From NCBI GenBank assembly GCA_004764695.1, contig SMSO01000032.1, forward strand, positions 2,294,001 to 2,358,000: 64,000 bases of DNA, in the 5' to 3' direction. Each line of letters starts with the position of its first letter. Within the stretch, counting starts at the first letter, position 1. This document shows positions 10,948 through 21,892 of this stretch, piece after piece. The DNA is from Schizochytrium sp. TIO01 (Eukaryota > Protista > Bigyra: Labyrinthulomycetes). The notes beneath the pieces are model-generated. The model saw only the letters and a list, made by a program, of their open reading frames with translations, was not told the DNA's origin and made no database searches. The position numbers and the translations under genes were made by a program.

Positions 10948-12546
10948 ATGCTAGCAACGAGTGAGCAAACTGGATTTGAGGGACCTGTAACATCCATGCA
11001 GCCTCAACATCATCACCCAAATACTAACTTGCCTTATTCAGAGGACGACTGGTCCTTCGTTGCAGATCTGCTAGGCCGTCAAGAGGCAAGTGCCGCTGCC
11101 GCAGCTGTAGCTGCAGCCTCTCCTTTACGGTCTGAACAACAACAAATGCAATATCACCATCCGTTCCAGTCTCAGCATCAACAACAAGAATACGAAAGGA
11201 ACCCAGTGCAAGTTTCGTCAATGTCAATTTACGAATGGGAGTCATTGCGTCCGAACCCGCGTTTCTCAGCCGAGAGGAGACCCAGTAGCTCAAGCTCAGA
11301 CACATCTAGTACAACGAATAGCTCAGTCATCAATGCCAATCGTTCCAAAAATAGTGCATTGCTTTCAACCACAAGCGAAAAGTCTGAGTATACTGCTGCA
11401 CCTAATTGCGCCAATTCTTACGAAAATCGAGTTTTGTTCGACACTATTCGATACACAGGTATTCCTTCTCCCACTGGTGCTACGGCTGGTGTTGCCGTTG
11501 CTACAGCAGCCCGCACCGGCTCTTCTGCTGCTCAGATAATGACAGCAAGCTCTGGTCCTTCGCATTATCAAACGCATTTCTCACAGCACCAGTCTCCCTT
11601 TTCTGACCAAGATCCATATAGCCAACTTCGCCTACGCCACCCTCACCAGCAATATTCACAGCCTACTGCTAACCGGCATGCTGACGCTCTGTACCCCATG
11701 TCAGTGCAGACCGAGGACAGTTCCAGAAGCAAGAACAACCATATGTTTGCAAGGCGATCGTCTTCACCGAACAAACGTAAAGCACTTAATGAGGACGAAG
11801 ACGAGGGACATTTGCACGGACACGATGCATACGTGGTGTATGCTAAGGAGTCTTCTGTGCAAGCAGAGGGAGGCCATCAGACATCTCTTCCTGCACGTTC
11901 AACATCTACAGGTGCTATGAGTCGGATCAGCAAAAAACGTCGCAGCCTAGACCACATGGATTTAGATGCCGGAGATGTGGGTTCTGAGGCCCCATCTGAG
12001 ACAAGCTACACCTCTGCTGATGACCCTGTAAGGTATCCTGGAAGGACCCCTACCCAGGCTACTATGCCACACACCACTGGTACAACTCCAACGATAGCAA
12101 ATGCACAAGCACGTAAGCCCGTGGACCGGAACAAGAAGCCCTGGGAGGAAAAGGAAGAACGCATGATTCTTTATGTGGTATATTATTTTGTGGAAAAGGA
12201 CCTTAAGACTATTTCACAAATTGCACAACGGTGCGATATTGATAGAAGTATCCGGGCCATTGACAAGAAGCTAAAACGTTTGCTAAATTTTGAAAAGTGG
12301 AACTCGCGCGTTCAAACCGAGATCCAGTCTAATATCCGTACAATCTTTCGCGACCGCAACATCACATTTACAAAGGTACAACGTGACAAACTAGCGCAGG
12401 CTAAACGAGAGTTTGCAGCTGCAAATTACCCCCCCTTGCCCTGCGATGAGGATGCGGCTCACATGGCATCCTCTATTGGAGGAACTATGTCCGGCTCGGC
12501 TTCTGATATTAAAACGAAACCGCATTATCCTCCTGCAACGTGGTAA
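10948..12546 (+). CDS. Putative transcription factor: Q/S/H-rich disordered N-terminus and a C-terminal Myb/SANT-like HTH domain
   Basis: ORF 10804..12546 with first ATG at 10948. KKPWEEKEERMIL...ISQIAQRCDIDRSIRAIDKKLKRL matches the Myb-like W-x-x-x-E-E...IA...RS pattern. Basic NLS-like stretches are present (NKRK, KKRR). Confidence 0.7.
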   Translation: MLATSEQTGFEGPVTSMQPQHHHPNTNLPYSEDDWSFVADLLGRQEASAAAAAVAAASPLRSEQQQMQYHHPFQSQHQQQEYERNPVQVSSMSIYEWESLRPNPRFSAERRPSSSSSDTSSTTNSSVINANRSKNSALLSTTSEKSEYTAAPNCANSYENRVLFDTIRYTGIPSPTGATAGVAVATAARTGSSAAQIMTASSGPSHYQTHFSQHQSPFSDQDPYSQLRLRHPHQQYSQPTANRHADALYPMSVQTEDSSRSKNNHMFARRSSSPNKRKALNEDEDEGHLHGHDAYVVYAKESSVQAEGGHQTSLPARSTSTGAMSRISKKRRSLDHMDLDAGDVGSEAPSETSYTSADDPVRYPGRTPTQATMPHTTGTTPTIANAQARKPVDRNKKPWEEKEERMILYVVYYFVEKDLKTISQIAQRCDIDRSIRAIDKKLKRLLNFEKWNSRVQTEIQSNIRTIFRDRNITFTKVQRDKLAQAKREFAAANYPPLPCDEDAAHMASSIGGTMSGSASDIKTKPHYPPATW

Positions 12547-13492
12547 TTGAAAGCATACACATCATGGCCTTTGGAATAGTCTTCTGAACTGATATATTAT
12601 CTCTTCTCATTTCTTTTTTATGAATTTTGATACTCTTTCATGGTCATCTCAATACTCTAGAAATCTGATTTGAGGCCTTCCAATTCGTTAATCAACATAT
12701 AGTTGTTGTCTTCGAATGTGAACCCAAATTTTAAAACAAATAAATAATAATAATTGAGTATCTCAGCATTCTTCATGATATAGATTGACAGACAGTAGAT
12801 TCCGCTCTGTTTATGTTTTGGAGCGGGCGAGCTTTTCTTTACCATGATTTGCATCAGGAAAGTAAGTAAAAGAACAAAATGCGCGAACAAGTGACGTCCT
12901 CACACTCTGCATATGACTACCTACTTATATGAATATAAATACCTGTAGACCTGTCAAAAGAGTTTTTTTTGTTTTCGCATTTTGCTCTAGACTTTCTGTG
13001 GAATACAGAATTCAGGTGCAACGCAGCCTGGTCGCTTTATCCTCACCTAGCCTTCTCACCGTGGACTGGTCGATTAAAAATTAAAATCTGCAAACTTTGA
13101 CTGCCTACCGTCACACTGACATTCCCACTTGAAAGCCACACTCTTGATTTCCATCCTTATAGGTCGATGACTTATTCTAATTGCTCTTGATGGTCTTTAC
13201 ATAGTTTGTGTTACAACGATACCATTTACGTAGCTGTAGATATTCAAGAGCTTATAATACCTCATTTCTGTAAAATGTTATACTTTAATATATAGTTTGT
13301 GCATATCTTAAAAGACCACATAATTAGAGGCCGTGGAAAAAGCTGCCCATTCTAACTACCCCATGTTCGTTGCTTAATTCTAATTGTTGCTTCTGAATAG
13401 TAGGTAGATAGGTAGATGCTACCAGGCGGTCTGCACGCAGACGCGAATACTCCATCGCTTGCGGGGCCGTGCGGGCGTCAAGAGTATAAAAA

Positions 13493-15961
13493 ATGAGCAA
13501 TGGCGACAGCTCAAAGGCACAGGGCGTGTCTCGTGTGCTCTGCATAGATTTGAGCAGCAACAAAAACGCTTTCGATGTGCCAAGGATGCTGGCACCAAAG
13601 CCCAAGGTGAGCAAGGTGGCTCCAAAGGCAGCAACTACAGGATCGGCAGCAACATCTTCTGCTATATCGTCAAAGTCATCAACGTCGTTGTCCTCAGCTT
13701 CTACTACTCAGGCAACCCAGAATTTAGAAGGGTCATCCTCAGGTGCTGGAAAGAATTCACAGAATCTAGCTGCAAGTTCGACGACTTTAGCCTCCGGGCC
13801 CAACGCCAGCCCGCTGGACCCTATGAAACGCATGGGTCTTGGAGATTCAATGGCGCGCCAAGAGGGTGCTCTGTCAGGTGGAGCACTGAGCACAGTCATC
13901 GCGAACCTTGAACAACGCTATTGCTCAGGGTATATGAGTGAAGATGGATTCGAAGATAATGACTTCATGGACGTGGAGGAGGATGACAATGATGCATCTC
14001 GCAAGAAGCAAAAACGTACTCCTGCTCGCCAGCGAAAAGCTAATAAAGAAGAATTGGAGTGGTTAGAAAGTGGAGAAGGTTTTCTTGCGGAGGAGTTTGA
14101 GGAGGACGAAGAAGATGTCGAACGACGTGGATATTATGAAAATGCACTCAAGTACAAAGATGAGGAATTCTATGTCCACCGAGGCCCACTGCTAACGCAA
14201 TCACTTCGCAAAGAGGTGTCTAAGAAAATGGAACAGGACCGCATACGAAAGGAAAAACGTAAACTTAACAGTATGCGTCAAAACACAGATGATTCCTTGT
14301 CTACTAAAAATGTCGAGAAACTGAAGAAAATGGTTCAACCAATCATGGGACATGTGGGTAAAGCTTATGCGAAGGCTGAGGCCAAATTGCAAACTCCAGA
14401 GGCAGAGGTCAAACCAATTGACCTATACACAAGGGAACTTGATACTATTTTGAGAAACTTCTTTACTAAGAAGAAAATTAAAAAGCTGCCCACAGCGCAT
14501 CTCAATTTTGTGTACGAGGAAGTAAACAAGGCTTTCAAGGATCAACCATTGGCAGACTTCAAATCACACCTCAAGCGGGCTTCCCACCAATTCCAAATTA
14601 TGTCACTGCGCAAGAAACATAACGAGGAAGTACGCGAGCTTGTTCAGAGCCTTAAAAAGCGTGGCATTGAACTCAATCCAAATAGTAAATTTGTGCGTCA
14701 AGTTGAGAAGGCAAGTGCTAAAGCAACTGCTGATGATTCTGCAAATCGGTCTGGTACCGCAAAGCCTGCACCTGTACATCCGTATGGGTTTGAGATCTGG
14801 GCAAGAGTGTTGACCCGGCCAGATGGTGTGGATGACGATATTCTTGAAAAACTTTACTTTGGTGATCTCGATGTTGCCACGCGTGATGGCACAAATGATT
14901 CCACCCCTCGCATCGAATCTCCACCAACAACATGGGCGGCCTTACGCGAGTCATTTATCAAAACTGTTAAGTCTTTAGAAGAGAAACAAGAGGGTCAACT
15001 CAAGGAGAAAGACCGTTCCACACGGGCCATGTGTAAGGGCTTTCTTCGCAGAAGTGATGAACTCAGTGGGCAAGATGTCGCAGAAGGAGAACAAGCCAAA
15101 CCAGCATTCTTCTGGGATCGGAAGTCAGCCAGACGCGTGCGCGTTGTTGGAGAGTCTCACAAGGGCTTTTTGAAGTGCTGTAACCAAGTATGGAAACGCG
15201 AGGATAAGTTGTTTGGAAAACTAAAGACACAATGTCCAGATCAGGACACACTCAAGAAGGAGCTCGCTGATATATGGCCTCTTCGAGTGATGTCTGGCGC
15301 AGAAATCGGTGCTCTTATTCACAAATCAAGGCTCGTAGCTTTCAAACCAAGCCACAAGGCCACTGCGCAGTCATCGTCTACTTCGGCTAGAAAAACTGCA
15401 ACTGGCGCAAATGCAGGCTCCAAATCCTCAGGGAATGTTCCTCCTTCATCTGAGGCAAATACCAAATCAAAGTCTAAGTCGAATGGTTCTAACAAAACCT
15501 CCAACCAACCCGATGCCTCTAAAAATGCAGCTGATACAAACAAATCTAATAAGGCTAGTTCCAAAACTACTGAAGCTGCACCTAAGCAAGCAGACAAGCG
15601 TAAACTTGGTGATGCTGAGGTCGCAGGTGCGCAAGAACCTGCAAAGAAAAAACGAGGTAGGCCAGTCCAAAGCAAGATGCCTCCCAAGGCGCTTGCAAAT
15701 ACCTTTCCTTCCGTCGTTTTCAAAGCGAAAGACTTTATTGTGAAAACATCGGGGCCAAAAAAGAAGACAAAAGGAGAGCAAAAGCAACCAGCAGAGAAAC
15801 TCAAGCCTCCCAAGAAAAACTCAGGGAAAGGTTCAGCTTCAGCAGACGACCAGGAAGATATCTCTGCGGACGCAGATGTTGACATTGCAGAGGAGACAAA
15901 TACAATTGGGGATGATCAAGAAATTGACAATCAAAGTACAATAACTGAGCCTGACCCATAA
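13493..15961 (+). CDS. Ubinuclein/HPC2-like histone chaperone subunit (HIRA complex), divergent
   Basis: 822-aa ORF. LSTVIANLEQRY followed by an acidic tract and EEFYVHRGPL resembles the HUN/HRD region (consensus-like xVIExIERxY...GF[YF]xNxGxL). The Lys-rich tail has an AT-hook-like KRGRP. Confidence 0.55.
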   Translation: MSNGDSSKAQGVSRVLCIDLSSNKNAFDVPRMLAPKPKVSKVAPKAATTGSAATSSAISSKSSTSLSSASTTQATQNLEGSSSGAGKNSQNLAASSTTLASGPNASPLDPMKRMGLGDSMARQEGALSGGALSTVIANLEQRYCSGYMSEDGFEDNDFMDVEEDDNDASRKKQKRTPARQRKANKEELEWLESGEGFLAEEFEEDEEDVERRGYYENALKYKDEEFYVHRGPLLTQSLRKEVSKKMEQDRIRKEKRKLNSMRQNTDDSLSTKNVEKLKKMVQPIMGHVGKAYAKAEAKLQTPEAEVKPIDLYTRELDTILRNFFTKKKIKKLPTAHLNFVYEEVNKAFKDQPLADFKSHLKRASHQFQIMSLRKKHNEEVRELVQSLKKRGIELNPNSKFVRQVEKASAKATADDSANRSGTAKPAPVHPYGFEIWARVLTRPDGVDDDILEKLYFGDLDVATRDGTNDSTPRIESPPTTWAALRESFIKTVKSLEEKQEGQLKEKDRSTRAMCKGFLRRSDELSGQDVAEGEQAKPAFFWDRKSARRVRVVGESHKGFLKCCNQVWKREDKLFGKLKTQCPDQDTLKKELADIWPLRVMSGAEIGALIHKSRLVAFKPSHKATAQSSSTSARKTATGANAGSKSSGNVPPSSEANTKSKSKSNGSNKTSNQPDASKNAADTNKSNKASSKTTEAAPKQADKRKLGDAEVAGAQEPAKKKRGRPVQSKMPPKALANTFPSVVFKAKDFIVKTSGPKKKTKGEQKQPAEKLKPPKKNSGKGSASADDQEDISADADVDIAEETNTIGDDQEIDNQSTITEPDP

Positions 15962-16699
15962 GCAATCTTAGAGGCGATTTTGCCTCCTCAAGATGATGAA
16001 TTATGAGAATAGCTTCTAAACTTTCGTCTCTTATGATCACGATCATAATTTTCATTTTCATGGGTTAGTAGTACCTTTCATATTCTGTTAATTACTATCT
16101 GAATCGACACATTGGGGATCTTCATTGAAAAAGCCACAGTCATGTTCAATCGCATGTACTAGAACATATACCTCCGATCTACTCAGTCTGAATTCTGAAT
16201 TCGTGTTGTACTTTTGTATTTGCTGCGGAGGCTTTCCGTCCTAGATACTTTGTCTCAACTCAACTGAAACATCTTTGACTGAAGGATTTTGCTAGTTTAC
16301 AAAATTCATTGCTCAATAGGCCGACCAAGTCTCAGAAAAGACCCAAGCACCCAACAGCGGAAAATCAGAACCAAGTATAAAATTATCATATCCGTCGCTC
16401 ATATAGCACATTACATTATATACGTCTTAATGAAATTCTAATTATCATGATGATAGCAAACTCAAGAGTAAAAGAGGAGTAGCAGTGCGACAAATGAAAT
16501 CAACTTGGGTGAATAATATTTTTATGAAGATACGTGACCTTCGATGGTTACGAGCGATTTTTCCGTTAACAATCCTACTTTAATACGCAAAGTACATCAA
16601 AGTCATAACATCATGTAAAATCAGCATCGTTCACATGTCTCTTAGGGTCAAAGTCCCTACTAGTACTCGGCAATATCTAAGCATGCTCGTAAAGCATCA

Positions 16700-17650
16700 C
16701 ATGACTCTACCTCTGACAGATAACCTTTTATAGATTTATAAGTGTCAAGTTCTACCTATATAATCGACAAGAAATAAGCAAAGTCTCAGTACCTTGAATT
16801 TGATACATCAATTTAGCTCAAACTTACTGATCATTTTCATAGGTAGTTTGCAGGCCAGGTAGCTACGCCGATAAACATATAAAGGTTACTATTTTTAACT
16901 GAGTAGCTTTCAGTTAAGCAGTGTTTGAAATTGGTGCTACTCTATTTGAACCCTTCGCAAGAACTTTGAAAGTTCTTGGGAGTATTAATATATGTGCAAT
17001 TTAGCATGACAGCATTGAGAACGTAATAAGGAATTATGCCAAAGGAGACCTATCAGCTCAACATCTGTAAATCTCTTCAATCCGTGCAGTTTGTCATGCA
17101 AGTGTTTTCAAGGGTAGATTCTCTGTGAAACAGGCGAAGCGGTCTTACCTTTTTTTCTTTTTTTTAAATGAATAGATAACAAATTTGTCTCGTTCATTCA
17201 CTGACCTTGATTTGCCACAGATGACAAAGATACCTTGTCAAAATGTAAACCCAAAACCTTTGATATCTCTGCAGCTTTACTCTTTAAAGTCAAAATCGGG
17301 TTCAAAAGATTATACCGCTTGGAGCAAACTAACCTACAACAAAATTGCTTCCACTCAGAATTCTACGTTCTAATTTGGCCGAGATAGGAGCGAAGAACAG
17401 CTTATTTAAAATTCTATACTTATCAGATAACGAATGTTTTACAGCAACTTTCTTGAAAGAGAAAGCCCCTTACTCCTTTCATGCAAAAACAATAGGTTTT
17501 AGGGGACTTTTTAGTTTCTATAGCAAAAGGGATGATAGAGATTTGAAAAAGTAAATAATTGTTGACTAGAATGTTCACTTGCAAGGTACAACTTTATTAT
17601 ATTGAAACAAACTGTAATTTTTGCGTTCGTTATCAAATTTGACAGTCTGT
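16700..17650 (+). pseudogene. Possible heavily decayed RNI-type LRR gene relic
   Basis: Broken frames contain LRR-like fragments SLSTLNLI, SFTDLDL, LTYNKI and LAEIGAKNSLFKILYLSDNEC, with many stops and frameshifts. Boundaries are approximate. Confidence 0.3.
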
Positions 17651-18549
17651 AATCATTCTTCAAGAATCTAAAGTTGACATTTTGTAGAGCCCACCATATT
17701 TCATTTTCCCCTCAAAACCACGACGCCTAGATTTGTACACACCACAAGCTTGCTTCTATATGCCATCCCATGACATGTCTACATCCGCGTACCACTCTTC
17801 CGAAGGTGCTATTAAACTTCTAATCTAGTCTGAGAACTCTTTCAGACCTCATCACAGTAAATCTATCATAAGCGATAACTAAGTATGCCTAGTGAGCTAG
17901 TACTGTGTAGGTAGGTAGGTAGGTACCTATGTTCTCTTCCTCCTTCTTCTGCACCCATCCATCCATGTATACCTGCTAAACACTCAGATCTCAACTACGA
18001 TACAACGACAGATATATAGCGCTCTTGGTAGGCGCGCCTTTTCTTCTAAATAACTAGCTAGCTAGCTAGCAGTCGTTCATTCATTCATTCATTCACCTAA
18101 ACTAAGTAGGTACGGATACTCATCACCAGTGGCGCCTATTCCTGCGCAACCCTTTTCCATTCCTCTCTGCGCAACCCTTTTTCTGCCATCCTCTTCCCCA
18201 TTCTTCTCCCTTCCTTTCCCATGCTCACCAACCTACCACTTACTCTTATCCCGCCCCTAATACCCCTCCACTCGCATTCAATTACCCTAACCCTATCCCC
18301 CCTTCTGCTCCTAGTCCCTCATTGCCCCCATTGAACCCCCTTATATACGAACATCCTCATTCCAAAGTGGGGTATTCTGAAACAGTTAGGATCCACAAGT
18401 ATATGAGGTAACGTAGGGAACCTCTGCTTGTCCATTGAAAAGGAAGGAAGGCGGGACGAGGCAATTAAGGTGGGAACTTAAGGAGGCAGGCGTCTCGCGG
18501 CGTCTAGAGCAGCAGCAGCAAGTCCTCTTGGTGGCGCACAGCAGCATCG

Positions 18550-19176
18550 GTACGTGGAGCTCGTCAGGACGCGGGTGGGTGGAGCCCGCTAGGGCGCTAC
18601 GCCTGGGCACCGCAAGGATCGGGGTCTCTCGCTTGAGGTTTCCGCAGGTTTAGGGCGACGGGGAGCACCTTTCGGCCGCGCATGGCGACATCAGGCACCA
18701 GAGCCACTCACCACCATGCATGTGGCTTCTACTAGCCTGACAAGCTTCGAAGGGCCAACCTTAGCTGCGGAAGAATAAGCTCGAGCTTGAAGAAACAGCA
18801 ACAGGACACTCGCACAGGACTCTTTTCATCGACTTCGAGGCGGATGAGACGGCTGGAGACTATTTGCTTGCTCGAGCAAGGTCACCACGATAAGCTCTCT
18901 TAGTATCCAGGTTACTAATATATCAATGCAACACACCTGCATCATTAGTGCATGGTGGCGCTTTGATTGGATGAGTTCGATTGAAACTGTTTCATTAGCT
19001 TTGAAGCAAACCCGAATGAGGTCTTGACAACGACCTGAAAGAATTCATGTGCGAGAGTCGACATAGCTGCGTGTTATTAGGGATATATATATGGCGTGTT
19101 GTGGGATGAAGATTGACTAACTTAGATTTGATGTGGTGTTCAATGGCTTTGTTACAAATATTGAATGAATGCACAG
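18550..19176 (+). other. Putative 5'-UTR intron of RPL27A
   Basis: Donor G|GTACGT at 18550, branch GACTAAC at ~19114 and acceptor GCACAG at 19176, 29 nt before the ATG. Confidence 0.6.
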
Positions 19177-19205
19177 TCGCGAGGTAAACTTAGAGGTTTC
19201 TCAAA

Positions 19206-19655
19206 ATGCCGTCCCGGCTCAGCAAGAACCGCAAGAAGCGCGGCCACGTCTCCGCTGGTCATGGTCGTATCGGCAAGCACCGCTCGCACCCCGGTGGTCG
19301 CGGTAACGCTGGTGGCCAACACCACCACCGTACCCTCTTTGACAAATTCCACCCGGGCTACTTCGGTAAGGTTGGTATGCGCCACTACCACCTCAAGAAG
19401 AACATCTATTACTGCCCCACCATCAGCGTCGAGCGCTTGTGGAACCTTGTCCCCGCTGAGGTCCTCGAGGGCGCCAAGGCTGACCAGTCTGGCAAGAACG
19501 CCCCCGTCATTGACGTCACCCAGCACGGTATCTTCAAGGTTCTCGGCACTGGCCACCTCCCCAAGGCCCCCGTTGTTGTGAAGGCACGCTTCTTCACCAA
19601 GGGCGCGGAGAAGAAGATCAAGGAGGTTGGCGGCGCTTGCGTGCTTACGGCCTAA
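19206..19655 (+). CDS. RPL27A: 60S ribosomal protein L27a (uL15)
   Basis: [42 protein letters not shown]...[11 protein letters not shown]...[15 protein letters not shown], with strong C-ending codon bias. Confidence 0.99.
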   Translation: MPSRLSKNRKKRGHVSAGHGRIGKHRSHPGGRGNAGGQHHHRTLFDKFHPGYFGKVGMRHYHLKKNIYYCPTISVERLWNLVPAEVLEGAKADQSGKNAPVIDVTQHGIFKVLGTGHLPKAPVVVKARFFTKGAEKKIKEVGGACVLTA

Positions 19656-20705
19656 GTTACTGTGATCCTTTTTTCCTTTTTTCCTGCTTTGTTTTTTTTG
19701 CAATGATTCTGTTGTTATCCTCTGCAGACTCTGTCTGGCACTGTGCCTGCTCATCTCCTGTTGAGTCCCTGAGTCCCAGCTTGCTCTCGTGATATAGCCT
19801 TCTAGATCGGCTAGCGAGCTTAGTGTTAGCTACCTTGACCTCACTATAGGTGTGCAAAGAAAATACATGACTTATGGCTTTTGCTTCTCCCATGCATCGT
19901 GTTCTTGGCTCTGATAATTGCTGAGTATACGATCTTTCTCCTTTGTCTTGCTATCCTCTTGCTTGAAGACCTGCCCTGTACAGAGTGTCTATGCCTATGA
20001 GGACGCGCGATTGCTAATTTTTCTTATCTTTGGTGGTTGTCGATCTTGGCAATCTATTCATGACCTAGTTCACGTCTTTTTCGAAGATTAGTCATTTGAT
20101 AATGTCACATGAAGACGATTCATTTTAGCATCTGTAAATCATCGCGTCACTATTTCACTAGCAGTATAGAGAAGTAAAAGCTACACATTATACAAAAGCA
20201 ATCATAAATTTGTACTGATCATGCTTGATAAAATCTGACTCTCGATAGTTTCCCTGCGAGCTTCACACATTGTTTGGACAACAAGATCCTAATGCTCAAT
20301 GGAGTTTGAGCAGGATTTAATTCGCAATACTTCAATGCAAAGGAGATGAGAGTCTCTTTCTTTTTGAGAAAATGCCAACAAACATAATACTTCAAAACTG
20401 CCATCTTAAACACGTTCTTGAATCAAATGCTTCACAAATTTGTTTATTCAGTATCCTATTACGGAAGCCTATTTGCCTAGCTGCTGGGGAACTTTGCTTC
20501 TCATTGCTCTTTTACGTTTTCCATCTTGAGTGCTGACTAGCGGAGTATAATTAGGGTCCTAGAAGGACTCTTAATCATAATAGATACATCTACGGAAAAT
20601 GTCAAACCGTTTGCTCGCGCTCAAAGAAAGAGCTCTGCTGGGAGGCAATTCTGAACGGAGAAAGGCTAGAATCAAGCAAAGCGCTCCTTGCCAAAACCAT
20701 AGACC

Positions 20706-21630
20706 ATGGCAACTCCACAGAGCCAGCGGCCTGCGCACGCAACGCCGCAAACCCCAGCAGCAGCAGCAGCAGCAACCTCGATTGAGGTTCTCAGCGAGAC
20801 TGAGAAGCGAGAAATCGGAGACGAGGTAAGTTGGCTTTGCCCTCTGAAGGCATCGTCAGGCTCAGCACTTATAGCATTTCTGAAGAGAAGGAGAAGGGGT
20901 CAGATTTTGAGCGAGACGATTAATTCTAATGAGAAGATATGCAAAATCGTAAAGGATCTCCGCACAAATAGAAGGAGACAACTAACATTGTAATGCTGTT
21001 CGTCAATGGATTGGTTTTCCAACATACAGGCTGTTTGGTCACTTTCTACAGCGAAACCCGGCAACGGAGTCGAGCAGCTTCGTGACAATAATTTTGATTC
21101 GTAAGTAGTCTAACTTGAGTAGATATTAAAAACAAGACTAACGTTGAAGAGTCCACGTTCATAAACGATGAGGATGATGCGTACATGTGTGCCTTCTCAG
21201 GTATTGGCAGTCCGATGGACAACAACCGCATCTTATCAACATTCAATTTCACAAAAAGATGAGCATAGCAGAGGTTGCACTCTATTTAGACTACAAGCAC
21301 GATGAGAGTTACACGCCTAAGAAGCTGTGCTTCAAGGCAGGGTCAACATTTCATGATCTTGAAAAGGTGCATCAATTAGAACTAGAGGAGCCTCATGGGT
21401 GGGTTTACATTCCACTGGGCCAGATCGTAAATCATGGAGGCCAGGGCGTCTTACGCACTCACTTTTTACAGATTGAAATTCTTGCTATGCACCAGAATGG
21501 TCGCGATACTCATATTCGTCAAGTAAAGGTCTTTGGACCTCGTCAAACTGCAGTGCATCGAATGCTCCATGCTGCTTCTGATGGCGGATTTTCCTCCATT
21601 GATTTCTCTCAGTTTTCTTGTGTACGATAA
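20706..21630 (+). CDS. APC10: Anaphase-promoting complex subunit 10 (DOC1); exons 20706-20825, 21030-21100, 21201-21630
   Basis: GT-AG introns 20826-21029 and 21101-21200 (GTAAGT donors, CTAAC branch points) join in frame to give [46 protein letters not shown]...DESYTP...HQNGRDTHIRQVKVFGP. Confidence 0.96.
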
Positions 21631-21892
21631 CCAATGATTTGTAATTTCTTTTTAATGTCTATGCTGAGCTGTATCACTGCGAATGGTGGCATTTAATATA
21701 ATATCTAGCTAGACACACCGGATAGCTGGGCGAGTTGCCAGTCTTAAAATAATAAGCCGACAGAGGGTCGAATCATGCAAGTGATGACGTAGCATAAAAT
21801 TGTTGAATGCTTATTTTAAAGACTAAATCTATACGAATGTTTCAAATTGATCATCAGACTGCTAACACATTGCTTGCACGCTAATTCGAAAT

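Noticed and set aside
18850-19110. snoRNA in the RPL27A intron (hairpin 18854-18910, CTGA at ~19036)
   Set aside because: There is no canonical RTGATGA C box, H/ACA spacing does not fit, and I could not identify an rRNA-complementary guide. An Infernal/snoscan search would decide.
19152-19754. 200-aa antisense ORF over RPL27A
   Set aside because: This is a by-product of strong codon bias on the sense strand.
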